Assembly (NCBI GenBank): GCA_013265495.1 | Contig: MU063896.1 | Location: 15,929,140 to 15,993,139, forward strand | From: Vicugna vicugna | Taxonomy: Eukaryota | Direction: 5' to 3' | DNA length: 64,000 nt | In this document: piece after piece, positions 36,801-51,000 of the stretch | Numbering within the stretch: position 1 is the first letter of the stretch | Layout of the letters: every line of letters starts with the position of its first letter | Notes under the pieces: model-generated | The model's database searches: none | What the model was told of the DNA's origin: nothing | What the model saw: the letters and a program-made list of their open reading frames with translations, nothing else | Translations under genes and position numbers: made by a program

Positions 36801-39800
36801 TAAAACAAATAATAAATAAAAGTAGNNNNNNNNNNNNNNNNNNNNNNNNNNNNNNNNNNNNNNNNNNNNNNNNNNNNNNNNNNNNNNNNNNNNNNNNNNN
36901 NNNNNNNNNNNNNNNNNNNNNNNNNNNNNNNNNNNNNNNNNNNNNNNNNNNNNNNNNTAGGACTATAAGGATAGTTATACCCTACCTACTAGAGAATTTA
37001 GTGCTTCCAGTTCTGTGTTATCATAGCCTTTAGGCCATGTTCACATCTCTGTGTCTGTACATACCTTCCCATTGGGCAGATTGTATCCTCCTGAGCTTGA
37101 GGGCTTTGGAGAGAGGCCTTGGCTAGAGAGAAAGATGTGGATACCCCAGTATATCAGCGAATTTATAGATGTTGATGCATTGTGTTTTCAATCAGAATAA
37201 AAGAGGTCAATGATGCTGTCATAGAGAACATTAGTATTTAAAGGACAAGCTGAAAAAAAAAAGGGTGAGGTTTTTGATGGAAACCCAGGGCAAATAGTCA
37301 ACAAATTTAGGTAGCGATGACCGTTGAGATCAAAGGTAAAGAGTTCTAATAATCTCAAGAAGGAAAAGGTTAACAGGCTCTGACTTAGCAGCAAATGATA
37401 TATGGACTGAAAGTCAGCCTTGGGATTTGGCGGTCATCTCAGTATGTTTGTATCATGAAGGGAAGGAACTAGCAGATAAGGAGACTTTAAGATGGGAAAC
37501 AATTAACCGATGGAGCCATGCTGGTTGATCAACTCTTATCATCTTCATTTTAAATATAGCACTTAGGATTGAACAAGCTATGAAGTAGCTTGAGTACATT
37601 GAGAGGGTCGTTCTGAGTATGTTTTTATAATAAAATAACTTCACATTTAATATGCTTTTAGGTAAGACATCTTTGATCCCTATTCAAGTGTCATCAGTTA
37701 AACCCCAGATATTTTTTTAATGAACATTTGCCAAGCCATGTCTCCCCTAGGAAAAGGAAAGAGAGAGAGACTGTGTTTAAATAACTTCTTAGATTAGTCT
37801 AACATTTTTAAAGCTTATTTTTTTATTTGACATAAGTCCTATTTGTTTTATGTCTAATGATTAAAATGCTGCTTTTCAATAAAGCTTTTAAATATATCAA
37901 CTTGGCAAATTCCATCATCCTTTAGAAGGCACATAACATAATAAAATATATAAAATTACCATTCTTCACTACCTGCTCAGCATGAATTGTTACCTGCCTT
38001 GCATATCTAATAATTTGCAAGGCTGAACAGTATAATGAATTTCTCTTCTACGGTATATTTCATCACTGATCTATATGTACACAAAGACATACATAATTCT
38101 GTTATTTTACCCCATAAAAGTTTAAAGTAAACTTTTACACCTGAGAGGCAGCATAGATGTTGGATTTGAACCTATGGGGCAAGGTATTTTGATGTGGCAT
38201 CTATCCCTTTATAAGTGACTTTATTTCACAAGCAGCTATAGTACCCTGAACACCAGAATCAAATAGTATACATAGTAAGACTAAGGTAAACTCAGCACCC
38301 TAGATTACTCTGATAAAAGGTTCAACTTGACCTGAGTCTGTCTTCAGTACATTACCCTTTGTCACTGTTACTAGTTTGATTTCTGGCCCCATAGTTTGTA
38401 CACAGCTTGTGCTAAATGCAGTGGGAATTGGGCCCGTACAAACATGAGCAGCAGTAATTCTTGTATTCCATCTAGAATTACTGTGCTTCATTAAATCAAT
38501 ATGGCATCAGTTGTTAAAGGTACCATCATTCTGTGCATTGCAAAGAAAGAATAAGCTCCTGTCAGTTAAGCTGACACAGTGCTTCAGAGGTGTTAATATG
38601 GGGGGAATGGTGCAGCTTAGAATCAGTGAAATGTGGTATGTGTGGGAATGTAAGCAAAAAATTGGCTCAAGGCACAGAGCAGCATAGTTAAAATTCCAGT
38701 CATAGTATTTGCCATTCTTCCTGTCTACAACATTTTACACATCCAAAATAAATATTCTGGGCTGAGATATAAGTTCTAAGTCTATTTATTTATTCATTCC
38801 TAAATTTTACCGTGCCCTAAGACTTGGCCAAATTTTTTGTGTATGAAAATATTCTTCATAGAATTATTTACATCTTTTGTTTTTTTAGCTATCCAGTAAC
38901 TTTAAATTGATGCCATCTTGGACATAATTTGACAATATTTACTAAAAGCCTTTGAAAGATTTTATCCTTTGACTCTTTGGTCCGTGGCTGATATGTGTAA
39001 TCTAAGGGAGTAATGCTGAAGGTAGAAAACCAGTATGCATGTAAACGTTCATGGCAGCATTATTTATTCTAATAAGAATCAGTAACAGCATAAATGCCCA
39101 ATATCAGAAAATAATCACTTATCTGCAATTATTAAAATCATATTTGTGAACAGTTCACAACATAAAATAAATATCTGTGTACAAAGAATAAGTGGCAGAC
39201 ACAGGATGTAACGTATGTTCCCATTAAATAATGTGGAAAATGCACAAGAAAAAAAAAGCTAAAAAGAAATATACCAAGCTACCAAAAGTTGGTGGGTTGG
39301 GTAGTAAGGTATGAATTTTTAAAAATATTTTTCTACTTTTGCATTTTCCAAATATGCTATAGTAGTATTTATTTTGAAATCAGAAACAAGGTGATTTTTA
39401 AGAGATACCCAGGATTTGGTTCTTGATAGCTCTAGTTTTGACAGTTTTCATACTCATTTTCTCACTCCTCCTGAACTGGTTTTGCTTTTATCAAAAAGGT
39501 TTAAGCCTTCTGATGATTCCGCCTTGCCATATGTTTCATATCCCTCTCCAGCCGTCAGGCTTCCATGTTTCCTTCCAGCACCCACAGTTCCATTCAGTAA
39601 AATGAATAGGCCAAGCCAGTATCTCACTCAGTCTAAAGTAAATTCTCACCCATTGTCTGCCGGGGTGAATGAATGGTAGTCAATAATGAAGAAAGTAAGG
39701 ATTTGAGCAATTAAGTCAGGCTAGTACTTAAAAATAGCAACTTCTTTCATAGCTTGGTCAGGAATGACGTGGTTTTTTGGATATATTACACCTGAATGTG

Positions 39801-42800
39801 TATGAGGGAGATGGGGTTGGGGAACGGAGCATGCTCTGTGGAGTTTGTAGTGCAGTCTGAGCTCACTCATGAAAGCCAAGTAGTGAGACTTCCTAAAGAA
39901 TCCAGGCCCAGTCCTGAGCCCCAGGGCACTTCCTGTCTGCTAGGCCTTGGCCCCACGTGCCACTGATAGAGCAGCCTTATGACTTACACACGTCCATGGC
40001 TTTTCTTGCTCCTGGGCTGGCGCGAGTGGCTTGTGCTGGACCTCCTTTTCCTTGCTTTTCCACTGCTCGTGCTCCTCGGGTGCGTTCCATATCTTGTTTC
40101 TGCACTTGTCTGGGCTCTTCTATGTTAATTGTCACTAACAGCATCATTTCACTGAAAATACCCGTATTCCTCAACATCCCAAGGATGTTTCTATGATATC
40201 GTACAGAGAAAATAGTAGCACTTCAGAGAGAGGAGAAACGAACGTGGTCCTGAGCACTCCTGAGGGCGCTACGCTGCAAAGCTCCTGGTTGTAGCCACCT
40301 TCAGACACAGTCTGTGTGATCGAGGCAAAAGGAGGAGCCCCTGGCATGACGCACAGAAATGGGCCGCTGCATGCTCCACCTCTGCTTACACTTTCGACCC
40401 TCCAGGTTGCCAGGGTTGGAATAGTACTTATTGCCATGCTTTAAGGTGCTATGTAACTTTTTTCTACCACTGCATATATATTATCAATACAACATTCCTT
40501 TAGTTTTCAGCTTATTTCCTATTGATGTTGTCAGCTAGAGGCTACCTTACGCATCTTCACACACACCTGTAGGGAGGATCACATTTAATAAATATTGGAC
40601 GAGACGAAAGCTTAAATGAGAATTTAACTTTCCTAACTATCCAGAGCAAACAGTTCTACAAGTTTCCTCATAAATGACAAACCTGGGTTTAAAATGCCCA
40701 CCCTATGGGAAACCATTACTTATCCTTGCCCTTGAGTTTTTGTGGGGTTGTTTTGTTAACTCTGTTCCAGTGGCAACAGAAGGTACAGTCACTTTGGTGG
40801 AATCCTTTGTTGAGATTTGTGTGAAACCCTGAGGTCAAGACTGTGAGTCTGCAATTAAAACCATTAAACAACCTACAACAAAGCTTCCTGCTTCCAAGAC
40901 AACAAATTATCTGGTTCCAGTTATTTCAATAACTAAGACAACTTGCAGTGGACTTGTGGACAGAGAAATAATGAAGGAACAAATAAGCATATGCAAAGTA
41001 ATCACAAAGGACAGGAGTGATGCAGTATTTTCCCCCAAATTTCAAGCATTTGAGATTTGACTTCTTAAGAAAAATGATTCTGAGCACTTTTGCCAAATAT
41101 AAAGTTATCAGGAATCACGTGGCTTATTTACTAAAAAAGCAGAAAAGTGGCCACTTTTTTCCTAACTAAAACATCCCTGTTTTCTCAGAGAACTGGACAC
41201 ATATTTCCCCGTATCTGCAAATGTAATGACTGCAGGATCTGTGTTTAATCCGTCAATATTTGACAGCCCGCAAGACCCAATGTTCTATTTTACTCCTCTT
41301 TTACTAACTGGTTCTAAAGACTTTAAGCAAAAGGCAAAAGCTTTGAGAGAACAGTTTCTCTTTAAGAAGCAAGAGCTGGGTTGAAGGGAGAGAGGAGAGG
41401 CCGTTCTATGCTCTGTGCTCAAGGACTATGCACTGCTCAATGCAAATGTGAAGTTTGCCACTTTGTAACTTATCCTAGGTGCAGAGTTATAATTATATGA
41501 TATGATATTTGTCTGTGTATTGGATTACTGTATTGATTGAGTTCTTAAGAAGAAAAGCAGCATTCTCATTGCCTGGGGCAGAGGCCCTCTTCAGTAAGGC
41601 CCGACATTTAGCTTCCACTCTGAAACATTCGCTTCCATCTTCTCATTGCTGATTTTAATGGGAGGGAAAGGAGCTGTCCAGCTTTTCACCGGGCTTAGTC
41701 CTCACAAAGGTCTTTTACTTGAGACTTGATATAATCCAGTTAACTACCAGTTATCTGTCTTATGGAAGAGGTTCCCAATCACTAAAGTGATGCATGTACC
41801 TCTGTCTACAGAGCCCCTGTAGGGATTCCATGCTTAAGTAAAGCTCTTCTCACCACACGCACCGAACTGGGGTGTAGCAGATGGTGTTTTACTGATGCTG
41901 GCTCAGGGTGTGTTAAAAGTCGTAGGAGGCAGATATCTTAGAGTCAGTTTCCTTGCCATGATGTGTTCTTTGTTATGCTTGTCAATGTCCACACTGTTCA
42001 GTGACAACACCTTTGGTCTGCACTTGAGTTAGTTCTGTTACACTGTCATAGGAATTAATTATGTGCTCCCGGAAAATGAAACTACAACTATTTCCTTTCA
42101 CCAGACTAAAATATAACTCTATAAAATATAAAGTCAGTCCACTATTTATTCCATTTCCAAATAATTTTTAAGATAACTATCTGGCTTTGAAACAACTCCC
42201 AAACTTTAGAAACTGGAACCCAAAAAATTTGAAAGAATCAATAGTTTTTATACTCGGGTGCAAAATGTGATATATATGTGGTGGTAGACTGGGCTCAGGT
42301 GTAATGGGCCTGACTCTAAAGGAGAGAAGATTCCATGAATCATTTTTATGAAATTCATGAACTCTTTCAACCCACTAACCTAAGTACTACTTAGACTAAC
42401 AGTCTTACATTGCAAAAAATGAATACCTTATTTCTGAGCCATTTATTTCCTTCTTACGAGTAGGATCTGGCCTATGATGGCTCCAAAAGTTACAACTAAG
42501 AACATCATACACTTTGTTGTCTAAAGTGTACATGTGTGCTTGTTCTGTTTTATACTTGCTTAATAATTTGAAATTACATGTGCGGTTCTTGTTGTCTTAA
42601 GGCACTCAACCAGAATGCTGAACTAAGGAGTCGATTGAACAGAATACATTCAGAATCTATTATTTGTGATCAGGTTGTCAGTGTAAATATTATTCCTAGC
42701 CCTGATGAGGTAAGACACATTTTTAATAGATGTAGAGTACTTATTTTATAGCATCTAAATCTACTGCATATTTTAATTAATTTTTATACAGTTTTCCCAC

Positions 42801-45016
42801 TGCTAATAAGATTCCCTGCATAAATATTTGTGTTGCTGACAGTTTGGTGTTCTTTGGAGTGAAGGATGTACATGAGCTTGACATTATTTATTCTTGGTGA
42901 TTAGTTGTCTATTTTTATTTATTCCTGGATTCATCTGATGCCGCTGAACACATACTCCAGCTTGTGAATTTTCTGTCTCGGTCTTCATTTGAAATGTTCA
43001 TTATCATCAGTGACTCGTGATATGTGAAACGAACACTTTTAGCTGAGAAGGTGCTAAATAAAAGTTTTCTTAAGGTTTGTTTTAAAAGTCCTATCTAAGA
43101 AGAGACGTCACCTGACCTTGCTAAGATAATACTAATAGTGCTGCTACGACTCATGCTGCTGCTAATTATTAATACTGAACACATGTCAAGTGAATGCTTA
43201 CTGTGTGCTTGGCATTGTGCTAACCCACTTTACTTGTGTTATCTCATCTGGCATTCCCAATGATTCTCTGAGATAAGGGCTATTATTATAACATTTTTCA
43301 AAAGAATTTTTGGAGAAATGGTAAGAGGGTGAGGGAACATTCAGTATTTGGGTTAAACTTGAATGTGTAATTCTGTTTATAACCCTTTATAAAATTATCA
43401 TTTTTAGCCATGAGAATTTATACTTTTCAGTAGTAATACCTGTTATAAGGGGAGAGTTTTAACTAATACTAAGGCCATATTTACACCAAAAACATACATT
43501 TTTTTAGAGATGTTCAGTGGCAAAGTTTCTGCCATCTAACTGCTCAGGAAATGCCATCCCCAGGTAGCTCTTCTTTGATGTAAGGTGCCCACCTTATACC
43601 CAGGGACCTCCAGGGGTCCCATATCTCTGATGGCACTTGCTGCCCAGTCAACTGCCTAGAATCTAGAAGTATTTCTAAAACTTTGTCATTCAAAAAGTAG
43701 TCAACAGTCTCGGTTTGAATCTTCTTTTCAACCTGAAATGTGTGCTAAGATATATAAATTATAGTTCTTTTACATAATTTTCTGACTGAAATTTGTATAG
43801 CTTCTTTGAAAACAATATTTATCACTTACTGAATAAAAATATAGTTTGAAATAAGATTCAGTACTCTAGTCATATGTTTCATTGGCTGAAATTCATGATC
43901 AAATTGGAAGGTGACTTTTATGTATTCTGTATCAAAAATTAGTGTTGCAGATTGTTTTCTTAGCCTGTCTGTAGTGGTTTCTACAAATATTTCTTGAGGT
44001 GTAGTGTACTGGTTAGAATATGTTTAGTAATGACAGACCTAAGCACTTGAGAATGAACTTGTCTCCATAGTCAATTCAACTTATTGATAGGGGCTCACGC
44101 TTTTAAATTCCACTTGATATCAATTGAGCAGAAATTTAAAATGAACTCACTTTTCAACTGTACCTTTTGGATTCTTTAGGCATATTGGAGGGAAACATAT
44201 CAGTCGTTACTCATTTGCAAGTGAAAATTACTTGTGGTCACCACTCTTTTAACAAATGGTGTGAATTTATTTAGAAATCCAACTAGTACATCGTGGTCTA
44301 ATTTGAACAAATAGCTATTCTTATGGGGAGAAATGCTTTTTTTTTAATTTAAGTATAGTTGACTTACAATGTTGTGTTAGTTTCTGGTGTACAGCATAGT
44401 GATTCAGTTATACATGTATATATTATTTTACATTATAGATATTACAAGCTATTGTATATAGTTCCCTGTGCTATGCAGTAGGACCTTGTTACACCGTATA
44501 CTTTTCTTTTCTGTAGGCTGGTGAGCAAATCCATGTCAGTCTCCCGCTGTCACAGCAAGTAGCCAATGAGAGCCGCCTCTCCATGTCAGAGTCAGTCTCT
44601 GAGTTCTTCGATGCCCAAGAGGTGCTCCTCTCTGCAAGCTCGTCAGAGAATGAGGTAAAGTTCTTTGATGCATCAACTCTAGCTGCTTCTGACCATAAGT
44701 GTGGGTTAAAGAAGGTGAGACTCTGGAACTTGTTTTAACAGCATAGTAAGATGTCCAAATAGTAGCAAAGCCCAAAGCATATTGAGAAGCCAGGCTGTAC
44801 TGGTTCACATTTACTGAGCCCTTAACACTCTGGGTACCAACCCAGTACTCTTAAATTTTATGAATAAAAAGAAAGAATCAAGTATTTATTCTGACTTCCC
44901 TGTACAGTTTATATTTCATGTTAAACAAATAATTAATAAGAGTTCTTTATAGAAGGAAACTAGCTAATAAACATAGAAAGAGTGAGAGAATAAGGAAATT
45001 ACCATTCATATTTGTG

Positions 45017-45067
<51 letters not shown>

Positions 45068-48000
45068 CTTTGTCAGAGACATGAATTTGAGCTTAATAGA
45101 CTAATGTCTTTCACATGTCTAGTTGGGTAATTGTCGTTTGGGGAGATTACCATTGGCTGCCATAAAAGCTTATTGGATTGCTTTCCGTGCTCATGAATCT
45201 TGGGAAGGTCTTGGAAACAAAAATCTCTTCCTTAGTCAGGTTACAGAAATTCTTTTACTGAAATTTAGTCAAGTACACTATGAATTTTTTTTTTGTCATA
45301 GGGGAAGCAGCCAAAACTCTTCCCCACACAATTGTTTAGGAGTTTTGTCATTTGAGATTGCAAATCTGTACTGCATTTTTACAAAAAGGAGATGAAAGAG
45401 TTGCTAAGTGCTATTTCCATATGCATGGAAAGTAGATTGGAAGGAAACAGCCTGACAATTAGTAGTAGTTGTTTTTTGGATGTTGGAAATTATGAGTGAT
45501 TTTAGAAACAAAAGTAAGTAAAAAATAGAAAGAAATAATGAACACATGTAACTTTTATAATAGAGAAAAGATACGATAGAATTCTTGTATCAGGTACTGA
45601 ATTTGTTACCACACCCAGCTGGGCACTTGCCTCTCAGATTCCAAGTCATAAATTAACAGATTCACAGAGACTCACATTCATAGTTTAAATTATTCATAAT
45701 AGTAATTGATGTTATCAAATGGACAAAATAATCATTGCTTGCTGATTATGTCTCTTTCCTTGTAGTCAGATCTGCCTGGGAAGCCTGATTCTAGCCAGGC
45801 AGTTGTTTGGTGAGCAGGGAAGGAACAGGAGCAGAAGTGAGCTGAGTGAGTTTAAAGCTGGGAGGGCCAGGGTGTAACAGCTCCAAACTTTCGTCTCCAT
45901 TATAGGGATTCTCTGCCACACAAATGGGAAATTTGTGTTGTGAGCTAGTCTCCACACCCCCAGGGACCACCATGCTGGAGACATGCTACCTACCAGCATT
46001 TTCTTTTCTGACTCTCCCTTTTCTGGGCTCCCATAGCTGACAAGTTCTTTGTCCTTGTTCAGTCAGACAAACTTGACTGGACATTATCTGGGCTTGACCC
46101 ATCATCTGATGACTGTAACGTACCTCTCTGAGAGCAACCGAATTTCCCTATTTCTGTTCTTGGGGGCACATCTGACCCGGTGCCCAGTTGCCACTTGCAC
46201 CAGCCACAGGCACTACTGAAATGAGGACGGTGTGAAGCAGGTTATTGCACAAGTCCAAGCAAGGTGGTTGTGCTGCCCCTGGGGCAAGAGTGAATGAATC
46301 CAGGGGCAGAGGAAGGGTCAAGGTAGTAGAGGACAGAGGCACATGGAGATAATACATTCACTTTAAGAGGCTGTGAGTTTAACAGGCCTCTCAGTGGTGT
46401 TACCTGGCAGCCATTTGGGTATTCAGTCTGCAGCTCAAGGAGAAAGCAGGTCTGGGGACAGAGCAGGGGTCAGCTCAGGATCCACTTACCAGCTGCCCGT
46501 GAGACATTGCCACCTGGGTGCTCCACAGAACTTCTAATTCAGCATGTCCAAATGAATCCATCAACAACCCCCTCCCATGCACACACAATTGCTTAGTAAC
46601 ATTGAGAACATTGAGGTGCCTGTCACTTGGGTTTATCTCCTGGTCCAGCCTCTTCAAATACTTAAGACCAAGTGTCATGATAAAGGGAGAAGATCTAAGT
46701 AAAAAGAGTCATTTTATAAAAACCTGTAAGATACAGTCACAAGGAACAGATGTGTAATTTAGTTCTTTCCAGTGTGGGCTGTAGGAAAGTCACTCTCCGT
46801 GCTTCAGAATGGGACATGGGGTGTCTTTAGCAAACTGGTAACTCCAGGAAGCACTCTGGTGGCCTCTGGAAGGCTCCAGAACAGAGGTTGCAAGAGGCTG
46901 CAGCTGAGAGCAGAGCTCAGATTACAAGTCTTCGTATGACAGCTAAGGAGTTTAGATTGTTTTCCTAAGGACACTGGGGTATAGGGACATGATCAGATTT
47001 GCATTTTGGAAAGATTGATCAGGCTGCCCAATGGAAAATGGACTCGAGGGGGCAGGAAAGGAGGCAGGAAGACTCATTACGGAGATTGATGGGGTAATTT
47101 AGGTGGGGCCCTGATGAAGGGTTGAATTGGAGGAGCAGCAGTGAAGCTATAGGAAAATGTATGTAATTGAGAGTATTTAGGTGACAGAAATTTCAGAACC
47201 CGATGAGTAAATCAATGTGGGGAGTGAGTGCTAAAAGGCAGAGGAGTGAAGGAAAATACTGAGGAATCTTGAGTATTTGATGGGAACACTTGGGTAGAAA
47301 AGTGCTTAGTTAAGCAAGATGACAAGTCTAGCTGAGTTTCTGTTTTTTCCCTTGTTTCCTACTGCTCACACGTATGACAATATAGATCTTAATCAGGGCC
47401 CATTGTCATCGTAAAATTCTTTTATATTCTACACAGACGTGGATATTGGACCATTTCTACCGTATATTAGTTTGGGCAAGATGAAAAGTTAAAGATGAAT
47501 AGACTGTAGCTTCTAAATGTTCATGTAATAAACATGTGCTGCAACATGAACTAGGTTGGGGCAGGCTTTTGTCTCCTCTAATATAATTGGATCTGATTAG
47601 CTTTTTTCGGAGAAATCACACACAAGAGTTTGATTTACTTTTTATTTCTATCAAAAATGTGACTTTCATGATCCTGATGGTTTAAACCTTCCACTTCATA
47701 GCAGTCAGTGGGAACTGGAGGCCAGCTGCGGTGGGAAAATACAAATCAGAAAAAGACTTCATTCTCAGTTTGCCATCTTTATAGACTTGCTCAGGGTACA
47801 AAAGCAAAACTACCATTATTCATTTATGCATAAAATCATTCTGTCTATAATACTGTCTCCCTAAATATATGAACTCTTCTTGACTCTAATTTTGAAAACA
47901 TCAGCAATAAATCCAGAAACCTTAAAGGAAAGGCTGATTGCTTTTATTACATACAAATTTAAAATTTTTATATGCCTCCCCAAAAACAGCATAAACAACC

Positions 48001-51000
48001 TTAAGAAATAAATTGCAAACTAGAAAAGAATGAAGTTTATATGACAAACTGAAAAATCTGTGAAAGACAACAATTTCAGTTAAGATAAAATTCAAACTTT
48101 AAAAAGAGATCTTTTATGTCTGTTAGATGGATCCTAATATGGATTGAGGATGCATAGTGTCTAAGCAGATGTGAGAGATGCATGCTCTCATGCACTGCTG
48201 GTGAGAACAACTTAATGCAGTACAATCTGTCAGGAGAGCAGTTTGGCAACACACAGCTAAAGCCTAAAAGTGACTCATCTGACCCAGCAGCTTCACTTCT
48301 GGGAATAAGTCTTAATGAAATTGCCAAACACATTTACAGAAATATATATACAAAGATGTTCATCCAAACATTGTCTATAAATAATAAAAAATTGGAAGCC
48401 ACGTGAGTGCTGGTTAAATTCCTTGGGTTATAACTATCTCATGAAATATGTTGCCATTTCAAGTAAAGACAAAGAGCTATATTTTTGAGAATGGAAATAT
48501 ACTCAGAACACTGTGAATTAGCATGTCAACCAATCCCCCTTTTCAGTATCTAAAGACAGGTGTATCTATGTGTTTGCATAGGCATTTTGAAATTGAGGGT
48601 AATACTCACCAAATGTTAAAAGTGATTTCTTTTAGGTGATAGGATGGATGATTTTCATATCATTTGTTTACCCTCATGTAATTTCTGATTTTTTACAGTA
48701 AGAATGTTTTGTTTTTATGTTCAGAAACAATATAGCACATTTCCATTTTGAAGAAAGTAAATAAGTATCAACAACTTTCTTGCCTCTAGGAGAAACACTG
48801 GTTTTCCCATTCCTCTGAATGGCTTTATGGTACTTCTTCTGTTTTCTTATTTGTTCTAAGTCCCCTTAGTACATATGTTGCCCCTTCATTTTATTCTTAT
48901 GTGAACTTTGGTTTCATTTTAGTTCCATGTTTTACTCATGTAGAGAGTGGCTTAATTCTTGATTTCTCCGTGTCCTGAAATCTCTCCCAGCTACCCCAAA
49001 TCATCTGCCAAATTTTGTCTGTTAATACTTCAAACATGGCTCTCGAATGCAGCTTTACCCCTCGATCCTTACTGTGGCCATCTCAGTGTAATCGGTCAGT
49101 ATTTCTTACCTGGATCTATGTGGTATCCTATTATCTGGCCTCCCTAAAAAAGCTGCCTAGGATCTGCCCGAGAACTAAATATGACTGTGCCATTCCCTTG
49201 CATTTCATAACTCAGAGGTTTATGTGTGAACCCTTTATGTTCACATGAAAAGCCCTTCAGGTCGGACCTCTTCTCGTTCACCCTACCCTGTTACAGCCAC
49301 TCAACTTCTTAGCGCTCCTAGAATAAATGTTTCCCTTGCGGTCCTTGCCTTTGTGCAGACCCCTTCCTCTTGTGCTTCTCCCCTTTCTAACAACTGGCAA
49401 CTCCTGCATCCTCCAACACCCAGTTCAAGTACTGCTTCCTCCAGGCAGCCTCTCCTGATTCCTCTAGGGGGATTCACAGGGCTTCCTTTTTTGCACATTC
49501 TTACTGCGTTGAACTGAAACACTTCTGGTTATGTCCTGGCCTCCCCCAGCCTCACAGCTCAACTAAGACAGGAGGCTACTCACAGAAAAGGCTGCTCTCT
49601 GGCAGTCCTGTATTCTGGCTCACAGAAGACTCTCAGTTGCTCATTGCATGTATCCCAAATACATTTCATACTATGACCTCTGCTTCTCATTTGGGCAATA
49701 TCCTGTTGTTTTTAATTGTTTGCTTTTTCTGAACTTTCAAGAGTGAACAAGAATTCTGATCCTCTCCCTGTTCTTCCCTTCCTCAGGCTTCCGATGATGA
49801 GTCCTACATCAGTGATGTGAGTGATAACATATCTGAAGACAACACCAGTGTTGCAGACAACATTTCTCGGCAAAGTATGCATCCTTTGAGCTTTCAGGTT
49901 GTTCTGTCTCCGTGCCAATCTACACCGCTGATGACTCGAGGAACATTTTGACCCGCTCACTAATTGTTCCTTTTGCAGCTGATTGTTGAATGAATTTTGT
50001 CTTTGTATAATCTGTTGAGGCAAATGGTTGAAAATTTTGTTAGGTAGATGGTTAAATGAAAATGTTTAATTCTTGCCCAAACCAAAATTTTGAGTCTTTC
50101 ATATTAAATATATTTAATTTTTAAAAATTTGACTGTCTTTTCTCAAATAATACTTAAGTATATTTAACACCTTGTTTGAACAGCTATACACTGAGGTTTT
50201 GTGCATTTAATGAGCAACCTTGTATTGAAATAACTCCATTCACTCTTGAGAGAGTATAATGAAGGCTTAAAAAAATGTATCACAATCAGAATTATTTGAA
50301 AGGGTTCTTTCCTTCCCAGATTTTGGGAAATCAGAAAAGCAAAATATCTGTCACTGTGATTCTTATCTTTCTCCCTCTCCCAGTCTTGAACGGGGAGCTT
50401 ACGGGAGGAGCCTTCCGAAACGGACGTCGGACATGCCTGCCCGCGCCCTGTCCTGACACCAGTAACATTAACCTGTGGAATATCTTGAGGAACAACATTG
50501 GTAAAGACCTGTCTAAAGTCTCCATGCCTGTGGAGCTAAACGAGCCACTCAATACTCTGCAGCATCTCTGCGAGGAAATGGAATACAGTGAGCTTCTGGA
50601 CAAGGCTTCGGAAACGGACAATCCCTACGAGCGCATGGTAGTAGATAACAGAGCAGCACCCTTTGGGGATGTGCCAACCCTAGACCTGGGCTGAGGCAGA
50701 GTTCATTGTGATGGCATGTTTGGTTGCTGCCTAATACTCTCACTGCAGAGGGAAGAGAGGAATCCGTTTGCACAAACCAGGCAGGGCCAAAAAGTTCCAG
50801 ATACCTCGACTGAGAGATACATACTTTGTGACTGATTCTTGGTTCCAAGTGTTTCTGAAGTTAGAAAGTAAAGGTCTCACGCTCCTTGCTGGTTTAAGAC
50901 ATGCCGAGCCTTGTTTCATCAGCTCTTCCTGAATGCCAGGAGAGTGCATTTTTCAGGGACTTACATCTGAGGAGGTAACCTCCTGTTTGTTCTATTCCAT

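Noticed and set aside
3877-36825. tRNA-like sequences with A and B boxes
   Set aside because: No complete cloverleaf; A-rich tails and TSDs show they are SINEs, not tRNA genes.
50275-50694. 139-aa ORF and similar entries (31382-31774, 34631-34894, 56441-56719) that look like separate genes
   Set aside because: They are OSBPL6 exons read through into flanking intron sequence.
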